DNA of 63,182 nt, counting the filler, from Octopus bimaculoides (taxonomy: Eukaryota): NCBI RefSeq assembly GCF_001194135.2. It is 4 parts of 4 records of this genome, joined end to end, with 100 filler letters (N's around TTAATTAATTAA, not from the genome) between each part and the next. Parts side by side here need not be neighbours in the genome. Positions count along the whole stretch, not along the records: positions 9,996 to 34,130 come from NC_069000.1; 3 more parts are not named here. One strand, written 5' to 3'. Positions 13,880 to 27,607 of this stretch are shown here, one piece after another; position 1 is the first letter of the stretch; every line of letters starts with the position of its first letter. The translations under genes were made by a program, and so were the position numbers. Under the pieces are notes generated by a model. That model ran no database searches and was not told where the DNA came from. It saw only the letters and a list, made by a program, of their open reading frames with translations.

Positions 13880-15015
13880 TCGGTACACTGACTCATGAAG
13901 GTCACTGCTAGTTTTCACTGTGGAGGAACATCCCTGGAAGACGATAAGTGATCTGAAAGGCCCACCACGTGCCTCAGACCCAGACATGTAGAGAATATTC
14001 ATCAGCTCGTGCATGAAAATCGTCAGAAGACAATCAGTGGCATTACTGATGCTGTTTGTCTGCGTAGAGATCGGTACCAGCAATCCTAACGTATGAATTG
14101 AACGTACGGCGTATTTCTGCCACGTTTGTCCTCCGCCTGTTAACCACTGAATAGAAACAACATCGCGTTGAAGTCTGTCAGGATTTCCGTCAGCCTGCCA
14201 TTGAAGGCCCATCCTTCATGTGGAGGGTCAACAATGGTGTCGCCAGTTGGGTTTACTACAGGGTGTCCACAAGGTCTGGGTACATGGAATAAATAAAATC
14301 ATAACATAAACAATTAAATATAAGAAATAATAATTTCTTAAAGTATGAGTCAATCTCCTTGTACCCAGACATTGAGGACACCCTGTAGTATGACAATGAG
14401 GCGAAGCAACTATGGTCAGAACGAAGAGACCTTCATCTCAGTGACCGGCGAAAGCTCGACAGAGTTGCAACTAAATCAAGAGTAAGCTTCTCGTTTTTTC
14501 GACATCCGCGGTATTCTGCATCGAGAATTTGTCCTCCAGAGCCAGACCGTCAATTGACAAAACTAGTGCGACGTTTTGGAGGGTTTAAGGAAGGACATTC
14601 GGCGAAAACTACAAGAAGAATAGGATTTTCACGATGACAATACACTCTGCCACCGAGCTCTCCTCATTCGAGAGTTTCTCGCTAGAAACAACATGGTATC
14701 GCTTCCGCAGCGGAACCCCTATTCACCAGATTTAGCACCTGCGGACTTACATCTCTTCTTCGAGATGAAAATGCACCTCAAAGGTCGCCATTTTAACACC
14801 GTTGTCGAGATGCAAACCGAATTGTGGAAGGTCCTCGACTCGCTTATGGAAAAAAAATTTTCCAGGTCGGATTCTTTAAGAGACAGGAACGCTAAGACCG
14901 GTGTTTTGCTGTGCAAAGGGGTTGTTTCGACAGAGATCCTGTTAAATCTTACGTAAATAAGTTATCATTTTTATTAAGCATAACTACTTCGGGAACTTTT
15001 TGACGTAACCTCCTA
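13880..15015 (+). mobile_element. Mariner (DD34D) transposon relic interrupted by a MITE
   Basis: SLEDD..RP.T, LNVRRISATFVLRLLT..KQHRVEVCQ, WVY.YD, HDDN and YSPDLAPADLHLF. A TIR-like end ggaactttttgacgtaacctcc-ta lies at ~14992-15015. Many stops and frameshifts. Confidence 0.9.
14259..14385. mobile_element. 127-bp Tc1/mariner-type MITE nested in the mariner
   Basis: TIRs cagggtgtccacaaggtctgggtaca / tgtacccagacattgaggacaccctg with TA duplication at 14257-58 and 14386-87. Removing it restores the WVY.YD motif. Confidence 0.9.
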
Positions 15016-15559
15016 TGTGTGTATGTATATATTAATACACATACATATTCGTATATGTATGTGTGTGCGCGTGTGTGTGCGTGTGTGTGCTTATATATCT
15101 ATATATTTATATGTATATACATAAGTGTGTGTATGTGTGTAATGAAACTTTAGTTACACCTTGATAGCTGCTTAATGACTTCGCAGAACAACACGTAAAT
15201 CATGAGTCAAATGTTAATCGCATTAACGATTACATTTATTGAAAAATGTCAAATTAATATGGCATTACTGGAGATAGCACTAGAATAAATTACGACAAAC
15301 AGATCATGTTTCCGCTTGCAGAGAAAAATTTGAACTAACTGAAATTTTAAGTTTTAAGACAATTAAAACATTAAATAACTTATCTACACACATTAAACAT
15401 AAATAACGTTTTCCGCTAAGATTGTTTGTAAGTGGAGAAAGCATTTACGACAGGAAAATGAACAAAGATCTGGTGGTATTTACCAGGGACCCTCCTTTCA
15501 CTTAAATACTAGGAAACTTCTAACAAAAATGCCGCTCACGATATAGCACACGTATTCGA

Positions 15560-15975
15560 GCGAATTCCGTCGGAAAGTCAATTTGAATGTTATATGTCTA
15601 GGAATAGCAATATTATTTTTAAGGTGAGAGAAAGTATTGAAAGTCTGTAGAACAGTGTATCTGATTGTCATTCGTTGACTTCACGGAGGCTTGCGACACT
15701 GTGGGAAGAGAGAGCTGTGTACCCTATTCAAAAGATATGGTTGCCTGAATGTAATTATGTGGTTAAATGAAGCCACCCCACGGTCCTATGTCCATTACAA
15801 TTTCTATTAGAAGCAAGGGCTCAGAACGCTTTCAAGTAGCCCAAGAGGTGAAACGGTGTTGTATACTGATGATGTTTACCTGCGTATTTCTAGGACCTGT
15901 GCTTGAAATTGTATCAAGTGAACTCACAGGTGGTATTTGTATTTACGATATGTGTACTTGCAAAATCCTTTTCAC
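15560..15975 (+). mobile_element. RTE-clade LINE RT fragment, decayed
   Basis: PSESQF (cf. PESQCGFR), VDFTEACDTV (cf. VDLTKAFDTV) and EVKRCCIL (cf. GVKQGCVL). Confidence 0.75.
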
Positions 15976-16077
15976 AGATGACCCATATTTAGTGATTTAT
16001 TCTCTCTAAGTTATCTTTAAAAAAATCACTTTCCATTTGGAATGCATGGTGTCAGCTTACTGTTTATCAATACTGTT

Positions 16078-16250
16078 TTACTTGTTTCAGTCATATATAC
16101 TGCGGCCATGCTGGAGCACGGCCTTTAGTCGAGCAAATCGACCCAGGACTTATTCTTTGTAAGGCTAGTGCTTATTCTATCGGTCTCTTTTGCTGAACCG
16201 CTAAGTTACGGGGACCTAAACACACCAGCATCGGTTGTCAAGCGATGTCG
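16078..16250 (-). mobile_element. 3' module of bipartite tRNA-SINE (family C)
   Basis: ttgtttcagtc..gcggccatgctggagcac..ttagtcgagcaaatcgaccc..ccgctaagttacggggac. The same module occurs at ~776, 44768, 46300, 55655, 59905 and 60640. Confidence 0.85.
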
Positions 16251-16276
16251 TGGTGTATGTCCACGCAGGAAAAATG

Positions 16277-16362
16277 TACGCAAGTTTGTTGTTGAAAATG
16301 TACCTCAATTTGAAAAGTTTTTTTCAGGTTTAGGTGCATTTTCCACAACAAATTTGCCTGTA
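16277..16362. mobile_element. Small MITE-like inverted repeat
   Basis: Imperfect ~30-bp arms tacgcaagtttgttgttgaaaatgtacct / aggtgcattttccacaacaaatttgcctgta with TA at both ends. Confidence 0.6.
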
Positions 16363-16386
16363 TATATATACATATATATATATGTA

Positions 16387-16440
<54 letters not shown>

Positions 16441-16620
16441 NNNNNNNNNNNNNNNNNNNNNNNNNNNNNNNNNNNNNNNNNNNNNNNNNNNNNNNNNNNN
16501 NNNNNNNNNNNNNNNNNNNNNNNNNNNNNNNNNNNNNNNNNNNNNNNNNNNNNNNNNNNNNNNNNNNNNNNNNNNNNNNNNNNNNNNNNNNNNNNNNNNN
16601 NNNNNNNNNNNNNNNNNNNN

Positions 16621-16670
<50 letters not shown>

Positions 16671-17479
16671 GCATATATGTTTGTATGTATCTATGTATCT
16701 ATGTATCTATGTGTCTATGTATGTATGTATGTATGTATATGATGCATGTATATGATGCATGTATGTATGCCTGTACGTATGTATAAAGGTTGCTTTATGA
16801 GAGTGTAAAGTGTCCAATGGTGAGCAATCGATAAGGTAAAGCGAAAATACTTTGAAGCGTTTATACCCATTTCTATAACCGAACACACCCCATCCCACGC
16901 CTAAGTCGACTTCATATTTCGTCCTCCGTGTGCGATAAACATAAATACCAGACAATGTACTGAGTTAGATATAATCAATTACATTATTTTTACAGTCCAA
17001 TGAAAGAAACCGACAAGAGAATCAAAGAATATCTATTTCTCCTTTTCAAACATGTTCACATACATATACGTAAATTACATACATACATACATGGCTACTT
17101 ATGTTTCCACTTATCGATCAGTGCAACTATAAGGAATCAAAATATCGAAATCAATAAATGAAATCGAGATATATGATCTGATCGACTATAAACAAAAAAC
17201 TTTAATAAATGGAAGATTTCTGTTTATTGATCAGCTAAATATTCACTTATTCACTTCCTGACGAAATCTAGTTGATTTGGGTCTTTCTGATTTTGTCTTT
17301 CGTTTGTCGTCGTTCCCGCTTCTAGTCGTGATGTTGTTGTCGCAGTTACTTTGTCGTCGGCTCTAAACTTTTTGATGTCATTCTTGCTGTTCTCGTTACG
17401 TTCTTAAAGATGCCCACACACTTACATACACACAGTAAAACTCAAACACACTTATAAATGGGATTTGTACATATGTGTT

Positions 17480-17732
17480 TCCATACACAAACACACACAA
17501 ACATATGTGTGTATGTGTAAATAAATATATACATATATATTTAAAATGTGTGTAAACATATATATATATACATATGTGTGTGTGCTTACATGTAAATCTA
17601 TGTATCTATATATATAATATATGTGTGTGTATAAATATATATATATGTGTGTGTAAATATATATATATATATAATGTGTGTGTAAATATATACATATATA
17701 TATGTATGTATAATATATATATATGTGTGTAA

Positions 17733-17772
<40 letters not shown>

Positions 17773-17851
17773 TTTTTTCACACAGAAGCACACATATATA
17801 AATGTAGTTACATATATATGCATATCAATAGAAGCATTTGTATTTATATAC

Positions 17852-17882
<31 letters not shown>

Positions 17883-18565
17883 CATCCAAACATATATATA
17901 TTTGTGTATATATATATATATATATATAATATATATATATATATATANNNNNNNNNNNNNNNNNNNNNNNNNNNNNNNNNNNNNNNNNNNNNNNNNNNNN
18001 NNNNNNNNNNNNNNNNNNNNNNNNNNNNNNNNNNNNNNNNNNNNNNNNNNNNNNNNNNNNNNNNNNNNNNNNNNNNNNNNNNNNNNNNNNNNNNNNNNNN
18101 NNNNNNNNNNNNNNNNNNNNNNNNNNNNNNNNNNNNNNNNNNNNNNNNNNNNNNNNNNNNNNNNNNNNNNNNNNNNNNNNNNNNNNNNNNNNNNNNNNNN
18201 NNNNNNNNNNNNNNNNNNNNNNNNNNNNNNNNNNNNNNNNNNNNNNNNNNNNNNNNNNNNNNNNNNNNNNNNNNNNNNNNNNNNNNNNNNNNNNNNNNNN
18301 NNNNNNNNNNNNNNNNNNNNNNNNNNNNNNNNNNNNNNNNNNNNNNNNNNNNNNNNNNNNNNNNNNNNNNNNNNNNNNNNNNNNNNNNNNNNNNNNNNNN
18401 NNNNNNNNNNNNNNNNNNNNNNNNNNNNNNNNNNNNNNNNNNNNNNNNNNNNNNNNNNNNNNNNNNNNNNNNNNNNNNNNNNNNNNNNNNNNNNNNNNNN
18501 NNNNNNNNNNNNNNNNNNNNNNNNNNNNNNNNNNNNNNNNNNNNNNNNNNNNNNNNNNNNNNNNN

Positions 18566-18597
<32 letters not shown>

Positions 18598-18651
18598 CAT
18601 ATATACATGTGAGTGCATATATATGTGTATATAAGTATATGTGTGTCTGTG

Positions 18652-18705
<54 letters not shown>

Positions 18706-18780
18706 TGTGTGTGTATGTATACGTCAATGTATAAATGTGAGTGTGATATATATATATATATGTATGTATGTATGTATTTT
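17480..18780. repeat. Compound (TA)n/(TG)n microsatellite field around a gap
   Basis: Read directly from sequence. It is the source of the YIYI/CVCV pseudo-ORFs. Confidence 0.95.
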
Positions 18781-19199
18781 TATAAACGTGGAGGCCCATG
18801 AATAGCTTATGCACGCAGATATTTTGTGACTATATAAAGACACATATGTGAGAGAAAGAAAGTGCGTGTGTATATGTTTGCCTTTGTGTGTATGAATGTA
18901 AGCAGATACGTATTTTTCTATAGCTGTGTTTTCGCATGTATGCACGCGTACCTATACATGTTTACGATTGTATCTATATGTATGCGTGTCCATCTGTGCA
19001 TAAGCTTATTTAACGAATCTCTTTAATGTGATTTACCACTGTTTCCTATATGCTATTTGTATCGCCAAGTCTTCATTAAAAACAAAATATCATCACAACA
19101 TTGTCATCAATATTCCTTTTCTTGTCAGTATCCTACGAAGCTAGTTTGCTCCTTAATGTTTATATTCGAATAGGCTTTTCTAACAAGTATTCCTTTTCG

Positions 19200-19900
19200 G
19201 ATCGTTCTTCTTAGAAAGCTACTCTTCGCCTTTCACGTATTTTTTATAAAGAAATCAGTGGTTCCCTCTCACATACTTGATTCCAGAATTCATAAACACG
19301 AACTCGCAATTCTACGTCGGTTCAGTGGTGTAATATCGATCTTCGTTTCTGAGTCTATATCCTTGTAGTCTTCGTCTTTTAGCTCTCAATTTCATTAATC
19401 CATTCGCATTTTGTATTTTATCCAGACATAAGTTTTAGTGTAGAATTGTTTGTTGGTCTACTTCATCGAATATTGTATTTTACGAAGTAATATTTGTGGG
19501 GTTCGAATTTCTCAACCTTCGTAAATTTCTGCTTTGTTGTTATCATTCTGCATATCCCAAAAAGCGAATTATCTCATATCAAAATTTTTATTCCAAACAT
19601 AGTCTATTCAGTGTTTTGATAAGAAGAATAAACCTGGAATTATCGTTGGATATTTCCGTATGTGGTGAATTACAATCTGTTGGTCTTTATTGAACTATCG
19701 TTTCAATATTTTTACATAGCTTTTCAATGTTGCTGCTTCTCTGAGGTTTGGTCACCCTATTTTCTTCCTCCATCGTATATTTTATAGTGAATTCGTGAAA
19801 ATTTGCTGAGTTGTTCGGCTAGTGTGGTAAGTATAGTACTGAATACATTTTAGTCTTTAAGAATTTCTTCGCTAAAGAATTTTTTGACGGGTCGGGATAT
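19200..19900 (-). mobile_element. Possible decayed Penelope-like RT fragment
   Basis: KFSRIHYKYTMEEENR resembles N.LHP.IKFTMEEE, and RKYPT resembles YRKPT. Otherwise heavily broken. Confidence 0.3.
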
Positions 19901-21934
19901 TTTTTCAGATTTCGGTGACATTTTCGGAGCTTAGTACTGGAGAATAAATCTGTGTATTTTAGCAAAAACGTAATCATCATTATATGTTGTTTGTACACAA
20001 CAGAGTTTTTGTTGTAGTCGTCTTTTATTTTGTCAATACCGTTATTTTCCTTCGTTGTCGATGCTGCGAATGTGTCTGTCACTGTTTCCCTATGAATGTT
20101 ATCCTCTAAACACAACCATTTGTATTAACATTTTATAGCATGCTTTAATTCCTGGAATGCAGCACGTTATTCATTAGTCCAGGTAATATAGCATGAATGA
20201 GAGAAACAGAAAGAGTGAGAGTGTATGAGAACAAAAGGTGGGGGAACGGAAGAGACTGTTACGGCGAAAGACAAAGTGATTATGAGAAATTAATGGTGAG
20301 AATGCAGGAGTAAATATTCACAACATGCATGTGATTCCGTTTCTTTGTGTGTAAATATAATGACTTTGAACCCCGAAACTCAGTCAGAAATTTACTGAAC
20401 CTAAACAGTAACAACAACAGCGGAAAACATTTAATATAGTATAGGCTACATTTAATTGCATCTGCAGTGATCTGTACACAGCTGGCGCATTCACTACTGG
20501 ATCGAGTTCTATTAACTTTTAAGCCCCGCAGATAAAAGGTAACACTAATTAGACAAAGGCAATCTTCCTGCTTTTCAAACTTGAATTAATTTAAGGGTTG
20601 TACGAGAAATTCAAAAACATTTTCTCATCACATATCTCTACAATATCAAAGCGCCTGCCTATTTTTTCACATGACAAGTACTTCACAGCAAGTACTTAAC
20701 CACAGTAAACGTATATCTTCTTTATCATTACATGAAGCTTCATTCTCCAAACGCTTTTGATCCTAGGCGGTACATCTCAGTCAGAATCTAGACAAAAAGT
20801 AATATTCCCCGAAATGAAAATAAAAGCAAAAACTGCTCTACTACACAATTGAGAAGCTCGTTATGTAGTTAGTATGAACGTACTACACAAACATGTGCGT
20901 TTTTCTTTTGTTTTTTTTGTTTTTTCAAAATCGTCTTCTTAATCATTGATAAGCAATTTCGAAGAGGACACAAGCTCTACATTTTTGAACTCGACACAAA
21001 GTATTCATGGGTTTCATTTGTATAAGGGTCAAGTCCAGAATTATTAAGAACCGCGTTACAGACAATCTAAAGAAACATCAGCACCAAGAACAACCAACAT
21101 CTAATATTCATAACATAGGAACTTATCTTATGGTAAATAAATCATTCGAAAGATATTTAGTATTTTACGTCTATGAATTCTCGCTTCTATACCTACATAG
21201 TAGTTTAGTCGCCACTGTCACTTGAAATATCTACATCACTCTCCAAATAAGTTTGGAAATCAAATGATCTAAGTATAATTACGGATATTCTTTGAATAGT
21301 CACTAATAGTGCATCGGTGTGTTTTCACTTCGGTAACAGTGTTTTATAGTCCAGCGCTAAATTTGATATAAGTCAATATAATATATTCATGCCTGATGTG
21401 CACCATGGTAATTTATGGAGCAATATATTCTATAGATCGATTTGTGAAATATTTCTTATTACAGTTGCTCGTATTTCGTTTCAAATTATCACTGCGAAAT
21501 TGATGGAACACTTGCCGCTCGCGATTTCCACTAACAATGTGATTATTTAAAATAGCATCATTTTAACACGGTTTAAACTGCGCTTCCGGTACATAAAGTA
21601 GAAATTAAAGGGATACTATATTTCTTGCATAGTTGATAGAGAAGTATTCAGAACATAAATACAGATGCATTTACGTACATATATGCACACACTGGCTCAA
21701 TTACATACTTACAAACCAGGGGAACTGTTTTAAATTCTCGTCACGTTTTTAGTAACTGACTTGAACTCCATTGAAAATTTTAAAAAATACCAAAGAAAAC
21801 AACATATTTGCATACAATCAAACATACACACACACATACATATATACATACAAACATACATACATACATACATACATACATGCATGCATGCATACATACA
21901 TACATACATACATACATACATACATACATACATA

Positions 21935-22151
21935 CGAAGAGGTGCTGAAAAACTCCAGGCTTTAAAGGGTATCGCGAAAGGCCTGATTGGAAGCTCCCTC
22001 TTCCAAGTTCTTTTATAGGCTGAGAAAAATTGCAGGACCGCTACAGTAAGGATGCGGGTCTGAGTCGGGAATACGTTGAATAAAATCATAATTAACTGAT
22101 CCTCCTGTATTTTCTTTTACCTAAGGCCAGGAACTTTTCAGCAACCACTCG
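21935..22151. mobile_element. ~217-bp mariner-derived MITE inserted in a (TACA)n tract
   Basis: TIRs cgaagaggtgctgaaaaactccaggc / gccaggaacttttcagcaaccactcg flanked by TA. A homologous inverted copy lies at 55413-55628. Confidence 0.85.
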
Positions 22152-23789
22152 TACATGCATGCATATATAATACATACATACATACAAACATACATACATA
22201 CATACATACATACATACATACATACATACATACATGCGTAAATATCCTGCAAACCACGCGAATTATACAGAATGTCTGCCGTATATATGAGAGCCGCAAT
22301 ACCGCAAGACTTTGGAGACCTGACAACATTCCCTTACGTTTATTTTACTGTTGTTTTAGTTAACTATTATTTCTTTCTTAATTTCCGCTAAATGAATTAA
22401 TTCCATGTTCTCTAACTTCATAATAATTTCCGGTCACATGATATCTTGCGCCTCCTTCTTCGAACTTTTAGCATCCCACTCCTTTTTTTATTTCAACTTG
22501 TTTTACGTATCTTCTTAACTTTGTTTTTCATTTCTACTTCAATGTTGAATTATAATACTTTAGATTGAATAATATACTGCAATGTATATACGTTCACATA
22601 CATCATATCTTACATTCTCTTTTTTATATTATGTAATATACCTTTCATTACATACCAAAATATGTAGCTTATACGCATACATATCTGGTAAGAAAGCCCA
22701 CACATGTAAAATATATTAATATATTATTTAATGTAAAACATATTATTAGGAAACGTAATTGTTTTCAAATATACATGCATATTACATATATCACATTCCT
22801 GTAAAAGATAAAAGGAATCCAGTATAAAAATATATTAAATTCATATCTCTATACAGCGAGCCATGTCTAACTTATTTTCTAAACCTTATTCAAACCTGCA
22901 AGAGCTTTATCCCATTTATTTTAATAACACTCTATCGTTACGTATAAATATTTATAATATGGCATATATCCCGTGTATATTCCTTTTCTCACAATTCCCT
23001 CTAATTTGATATTATATGCTGTTTTTATTTAATCAAATATTACTTTCATTTCTATGCACAACGGTTTGTTTCTTTTTTCTTTTTTTTTCTCAGTAACAAC
23101 ATGAAACATGTATGTATCGTATTATTGACTTGATGGAACACTATAAAATGCAAGAATCTCTTAATATTTGCACGTTTTACGTGCATCTCTCTGTATAAAT
23201 CACCAAGTGTAAGGCATTTGCTCAAAATTGAAGAAGCGTATGTACTGATTTCGAAGATTTCATTAATAGACACACATATACAGGCATATACATACATATA
23301 TGCAAACATATTATGATATATTACATTATATTTTATGTAGATTATATACTTTTATATATACATGCATATATATATATAGATATATTATATTATATTATAA
23401 ATATAGATAGCGTATGTGTGTGTATTGCGTATGTGTGCGTGTGTGTGCGCATGTGTGCCGGCTTGTTAGCGAATAGAGAAAAGAAACGGAAATTGGTTGG
23501 TGTTACATATATATTTGAATGAGTATTTGACCGAGCTTCATACGACAAGGTTTCATTAGATATATGATCAAATAGGCCTGTCATATGGCACTGAGTCATT
23601 ATATATATATATATATNNNNNNNNNNNNNNNNNNNNNNNNNNNNNNNNNNNNNNNNNNNNNNNNNNNNNNNNNNTATATGAATATATACAAGGGTAACAA
23701 AACGTTACACCACACCTCATCTCATCAAATGCAAAAAGCAACACAAATTGCCGAAAAGACGTTTAACAAATACGAAGCTTTACAAATCA

Positions 23790-24110
23790 ACCATGGAACC
23801 AACAGTTAAGAAATGTGGGCGCCCAAACTGTGGAACATGCCCCAACCTACTGAAAGACTTTGAATTCTTATTCAAATACAATTAAAACCAACTTCACTTG
23901 TGCTTCTTAGGTCGTGGATATAACTATATAGGACAAATAAGTATGACAATGAGACGGAGAACCACACTATTTAAGGAACAGATCCGTTCGCCGCAATAAC
24001 GAAAGATTTCTTTGAGTGAATAGACAGAGAGATGTGCAGGAAATATCCTGCCAAACTTCACAGATTTCCCCATCTACAAAGAAACTATTTCTAAGTTTCA
24101 TTGATGAATT
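23790..24110 (+). mobile_element. Penelope-like element (Neptune-type) Cys linker + GIY-YIG fragment
   Basis: PTVKKCGRPNCGTCP...IKTNFTCAS...NYIGQISMTMRRR, with stops and an internal deletion. Confidence 0.75.
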
Positions 24111-24886
24111 ATAAGGAATACTTATTAGAATGCCATTATTGGAATGCATACTTTTTACAAATTAACCGCCTCGATAAGAAATAAATACCTAAATTAACTA
24201 TTACAATCGTTTGTTATTTTGTCCTAATTCTACATTGAAAATAATTGATGCTATCATAATTCTCCTGAAGCTTAAACTATCTCAAGGAATAAGTTCATAA
24301 TATTGTTTAGCAATATTTAACTTAATGATAAACTTTTCAACATATAGCCAAGAGGTGTCTTTTTGTGAAATTATTGTATATTAACAGCAATAATCCTGTT
24401 CAAAATATAATTTGAGTTATATAGCTGTGTGCGAGACACTCACGTATGAACATTAAAATTAAGCTGTAACGTATATTCTTGCTATTTATTGCTTCTGCGA
24501 AAATTATAAACCATATAATTTGTTATTACATTTCATGAAACATGGATTGATTATTCCAACAAATAGCGAAACACTTTTTATTATGTAAATAAGTTTTACA
24601 TCTAATTATTTTGAAGTAATTAAAAGCTATAAATTAGTAATTGAAATACGAATTTGATTTTCACCTAAACAAAACTCTCATTCTTTACAATTTTATGAAA
24701 TTTTACGAATTATCTAATATAAATTTAGCTCATATAATTCTATACCCCTTCACTATAAATATCAACTATAGAGGAAATACATACTTACATACGATTTTTC
24801 TAAAATACATCATGCGCTTCTGATTTCAATTTAATTAAAATATACCCAAGTAAAAGGACAATGTCTACACGCCTCAATATTGTCAA

Positions 24887-25150
24887 TTGTTGTGGCACTC
24901 CGTTGGTTACGACGACGAGGGTTCCACTTGATCTGATAAACAGAACAGCCTGCTCGTGAAATTAACGTGCAAGTGACTGAGCAATCCACAGACACGTGAG
25001 TCAGCAGAAGTTCGCCATTACCTTCTGCCGGAGCCGCGTGGAGCTCAGGTTTTTCGCTCATAAACACACACATCACACGGTCTGAGACTCGAACCCGCGA
25101 TCCCTCGACCGCGAGTCAACTACTCTAACCCCTTGGCCATGTGACTCCAC
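24887..25150 (-). mobile_element. tRNA-derived SINE (family A), internally deleted
   Basis: Minus-strand head gtggagtcacatggccaaggggttagag...ggttcgagtc (A and B boxes). Its 3' part matches 35361-35740. Confidence 0.85.
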
Positions 25151-25181
25151 TATGTATGTATATATACATACATATATACCT

Positions 25182-25231
<50 letters not shown>

Positions 25232-25856
25232 AACATAAATTGAAAACAGAATACAAAGGATATCGCGGTACACGTGTTTCATGTTTTATAAACAATCCGT
25301 TATTACATCACCATAGGTATATTGATATAAAAGATGGTTTAAAGCTCTCTTCAGCCGCCAACAATTTTTAGTCCAACGATTACATCACAAAAGAAAAAGT
25401 ACACTTAGTATTATTCATTATAATAGGTTTATCACATCTCTTTAAAGAGGCATATTTGTATGGAGGTTCGTTGGATTTCAAAAATCTAGCCATATCGTAC
25501 CACCATTCAGCATACAGGCAAGTATTACCTCTATACTTACAGTACCTATATATATATGTATATATATATTTATACAGAACCCTTGATTCAATAACACTAT
25601 GTATAAGCTCTGTATTTGGAATGACCAATTTCAGAGACCGTTCGACTTTACTCATTGGGTATTGGAATCTTAATAATGGAATTACAAAGGCATCGACCAA
25701 TCTTAAAAAACAATTGGATCTTACTCACAAGACATTGGAATCTTATATGTTTACCATTCTGCCTAAACAATGGATTTACAAATACAATATCCCTACATTC
25801 ACTCTCTATTTCCTACCTTAACTAAACTAGATATTGCTTAATCATCCTCTCACACC

Positions 25857-25904
25857 GTCTCCGATGAAGGGATATAACAAATATCCTGGAAACAGCTGTA
25901 AGAC
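25857..25904 (+). ncRNA. Minimal type I hammerhead ribozyme motif (PLE terminal-repeat type)
   Basis: Stem I gtct/agac, core CCGAUGA (U4C), 7-bp stem II gggatat/atatcct, GAAA, palindromic ACAGCUGU stem III and a GUA cleavage triplet. Confidence 0.7.
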
Positions 25905-26619
25905 CTTCTATTTATAAATGTTCTATATTATACACAGCCTTGGATGGATTTTTTTATCTCATTACGAAAAGTAAATCCTTATATCCACACGCTGATATAT
26001 GACCTACGTTGGACCCCTTATTCGCATAACCACCGAACCTAGAGCTTAACTGTGCTCTATCCATAGCACTTACTCAGCATTACCTGAAATCCTTGGGTCT
26101 AATTGACACCACTGTCGCTCATAACCTATATATATACATATATATATATATATGTAAAATGCTTCGCCGTGGAACTGCATCCATGGCAACTGCATTGCTG
26201 TGAAAGAAGCCTTTCGCCTCACAGCTAGCTTCAAGCAAGTAGCGTTGAAAATTTGCCCATTTTCAAATTTTGATATGTCTAACAGTTTAATTATACACTA
26301 GTATTATATTAATACGAACAATTTCATGAACACTTTACTCCCCAACACAAACTGTTCATACTGTGTATGTAATCTCATTAATAATATATTAAACGCAAAC
26401 AGCCTTAAGCAAATCTTATTCGTTCTTCATTATTATATGAAATAATTATTCCGCCCGATCATTTCTATCAAATCCTACCATTATTGATAATTCTGTCATG
26501 TTTGAATATGACAAACATTTGCTTTTCACAGCAGTTGGATACGATTACTTGAGCAAAATTCGAATTAAATGTCAGCGTTTAAAATGTGTACGCGTTCATA
26601 CCTAACGTAATATCTATTT

Positions 26620-27140
26620 ACAATAGGTAGATGTCTTAAGCTATACGGCAAGAATGAAAGGAATCTCCGATCATTGTCGGTTCTGTGAGAGTGTTTATCA
26701 GTGACGTCAGAATTGAATTTGGCATTTCTAAGTGTGGAATCTTTGTTGAGGAGGAAAAGAAATACCATAAAAGTGAAGGAATAAATGATTGAATATGTTT
26801 ACTGGGCGAGATACGGAAGCTCGACTGAGATAGTGAGTATGAATATATGGACGTCGTGAAAACTCACTGTGTAAAGGATAAAGCATTGACAAGTTAAGGT
26901 AGAACACAATATTTCTGAAGGATTAGGAAACTATTAAAATCCAAAAAATTCAAAATTCTTACCAATCTTTATGTGCAGTGCTGAAATAAATATGCAAAGG
27001 AAAAACGTTGAGGACGTAGATGGAAAAGAAAAAAAAAGCTAAATAAGAAAATTGCTGATAACCTACAGTAATTCCTATCTACGGGCAGATGTTGGCAGAT
27101 TGTATTGCAACAGAAGTAATGGCAGAAAACGATCGCTGAA
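26620..27140 (+). mobile_element. R4/Dong-like LINE RT-to-thumb fragment, decayed
   Basis: LKLYGKNERNL..VRVFISDVRIEFGISKC (cf. MDDLKLY..IGMEFGLDKC), RIRKLLKSK and RADVGRLY..RSNG (cf. KADVDRLY..RKEGGRGL). Confidence 0.75.
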
Positions 27141-27164
27141 GGTAATTATTATTATTATTATTAA

Positions 27165-27237
27165 TATCCAGGTCACTACCTGGAATCGATCACGGAATCT
27201 CCGGGTTAGTAACCCGCGCTCTGAACCACTACGCTAT
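27165..27237 (-). mobile_element. tRNA-like SINE head with A box, followed by (AAT)n; inverted homologue of 27510-27560
   Basis: Reverse complement tagcgtagtggttcagagcgcgggttactaacccggagattccgtgatcgattccaggtagtgacctg. Confidence 0.75.
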
Positions 27238-27509
27238 ATTCTTTTTCTTCATCATTTTCAAGATATTCCCTTCCTTATTCCACCACCAAGATGAAATAAA
27301 CTTTGGGTGTGATCTTTTTTTAATTTATATATTTTTTTGCCGACATTTAAAAAAACATTATTTATATAGTTTATTTTATTAACCATTATAAAATCATTCA
27401 CAGAACAAATGAGAGCAAATAGAAAGATGAAACGAAAGAAATCTTTTTTTTTTGTCATACAATCCTGTATAAAAACCATTAAAAAAAAAGAAAAAGCCCA
27501 CGGCCATAT

Positions 27510-27570
27510 GGCTATTAACCCTAAGATTCCGAGTTCGATTCCAGGCCGTGACCTGAATAAAAAAAAAATA

Positions 27571-27607
<37 letters not shown>

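Noticed and set aside
17452-18945. Long YIYI/CVCV/THTH ORFs and all X-rich ORFs
   Set aside because: Artefacts of dinucleotide repeats and N gaps.
27496-27509. gcccacggccatat resembling the 5' end of 5S rRNA
   Set aside because: Only about 13 nt of similarity with no continuation, so it cannot be distinguished from chance.
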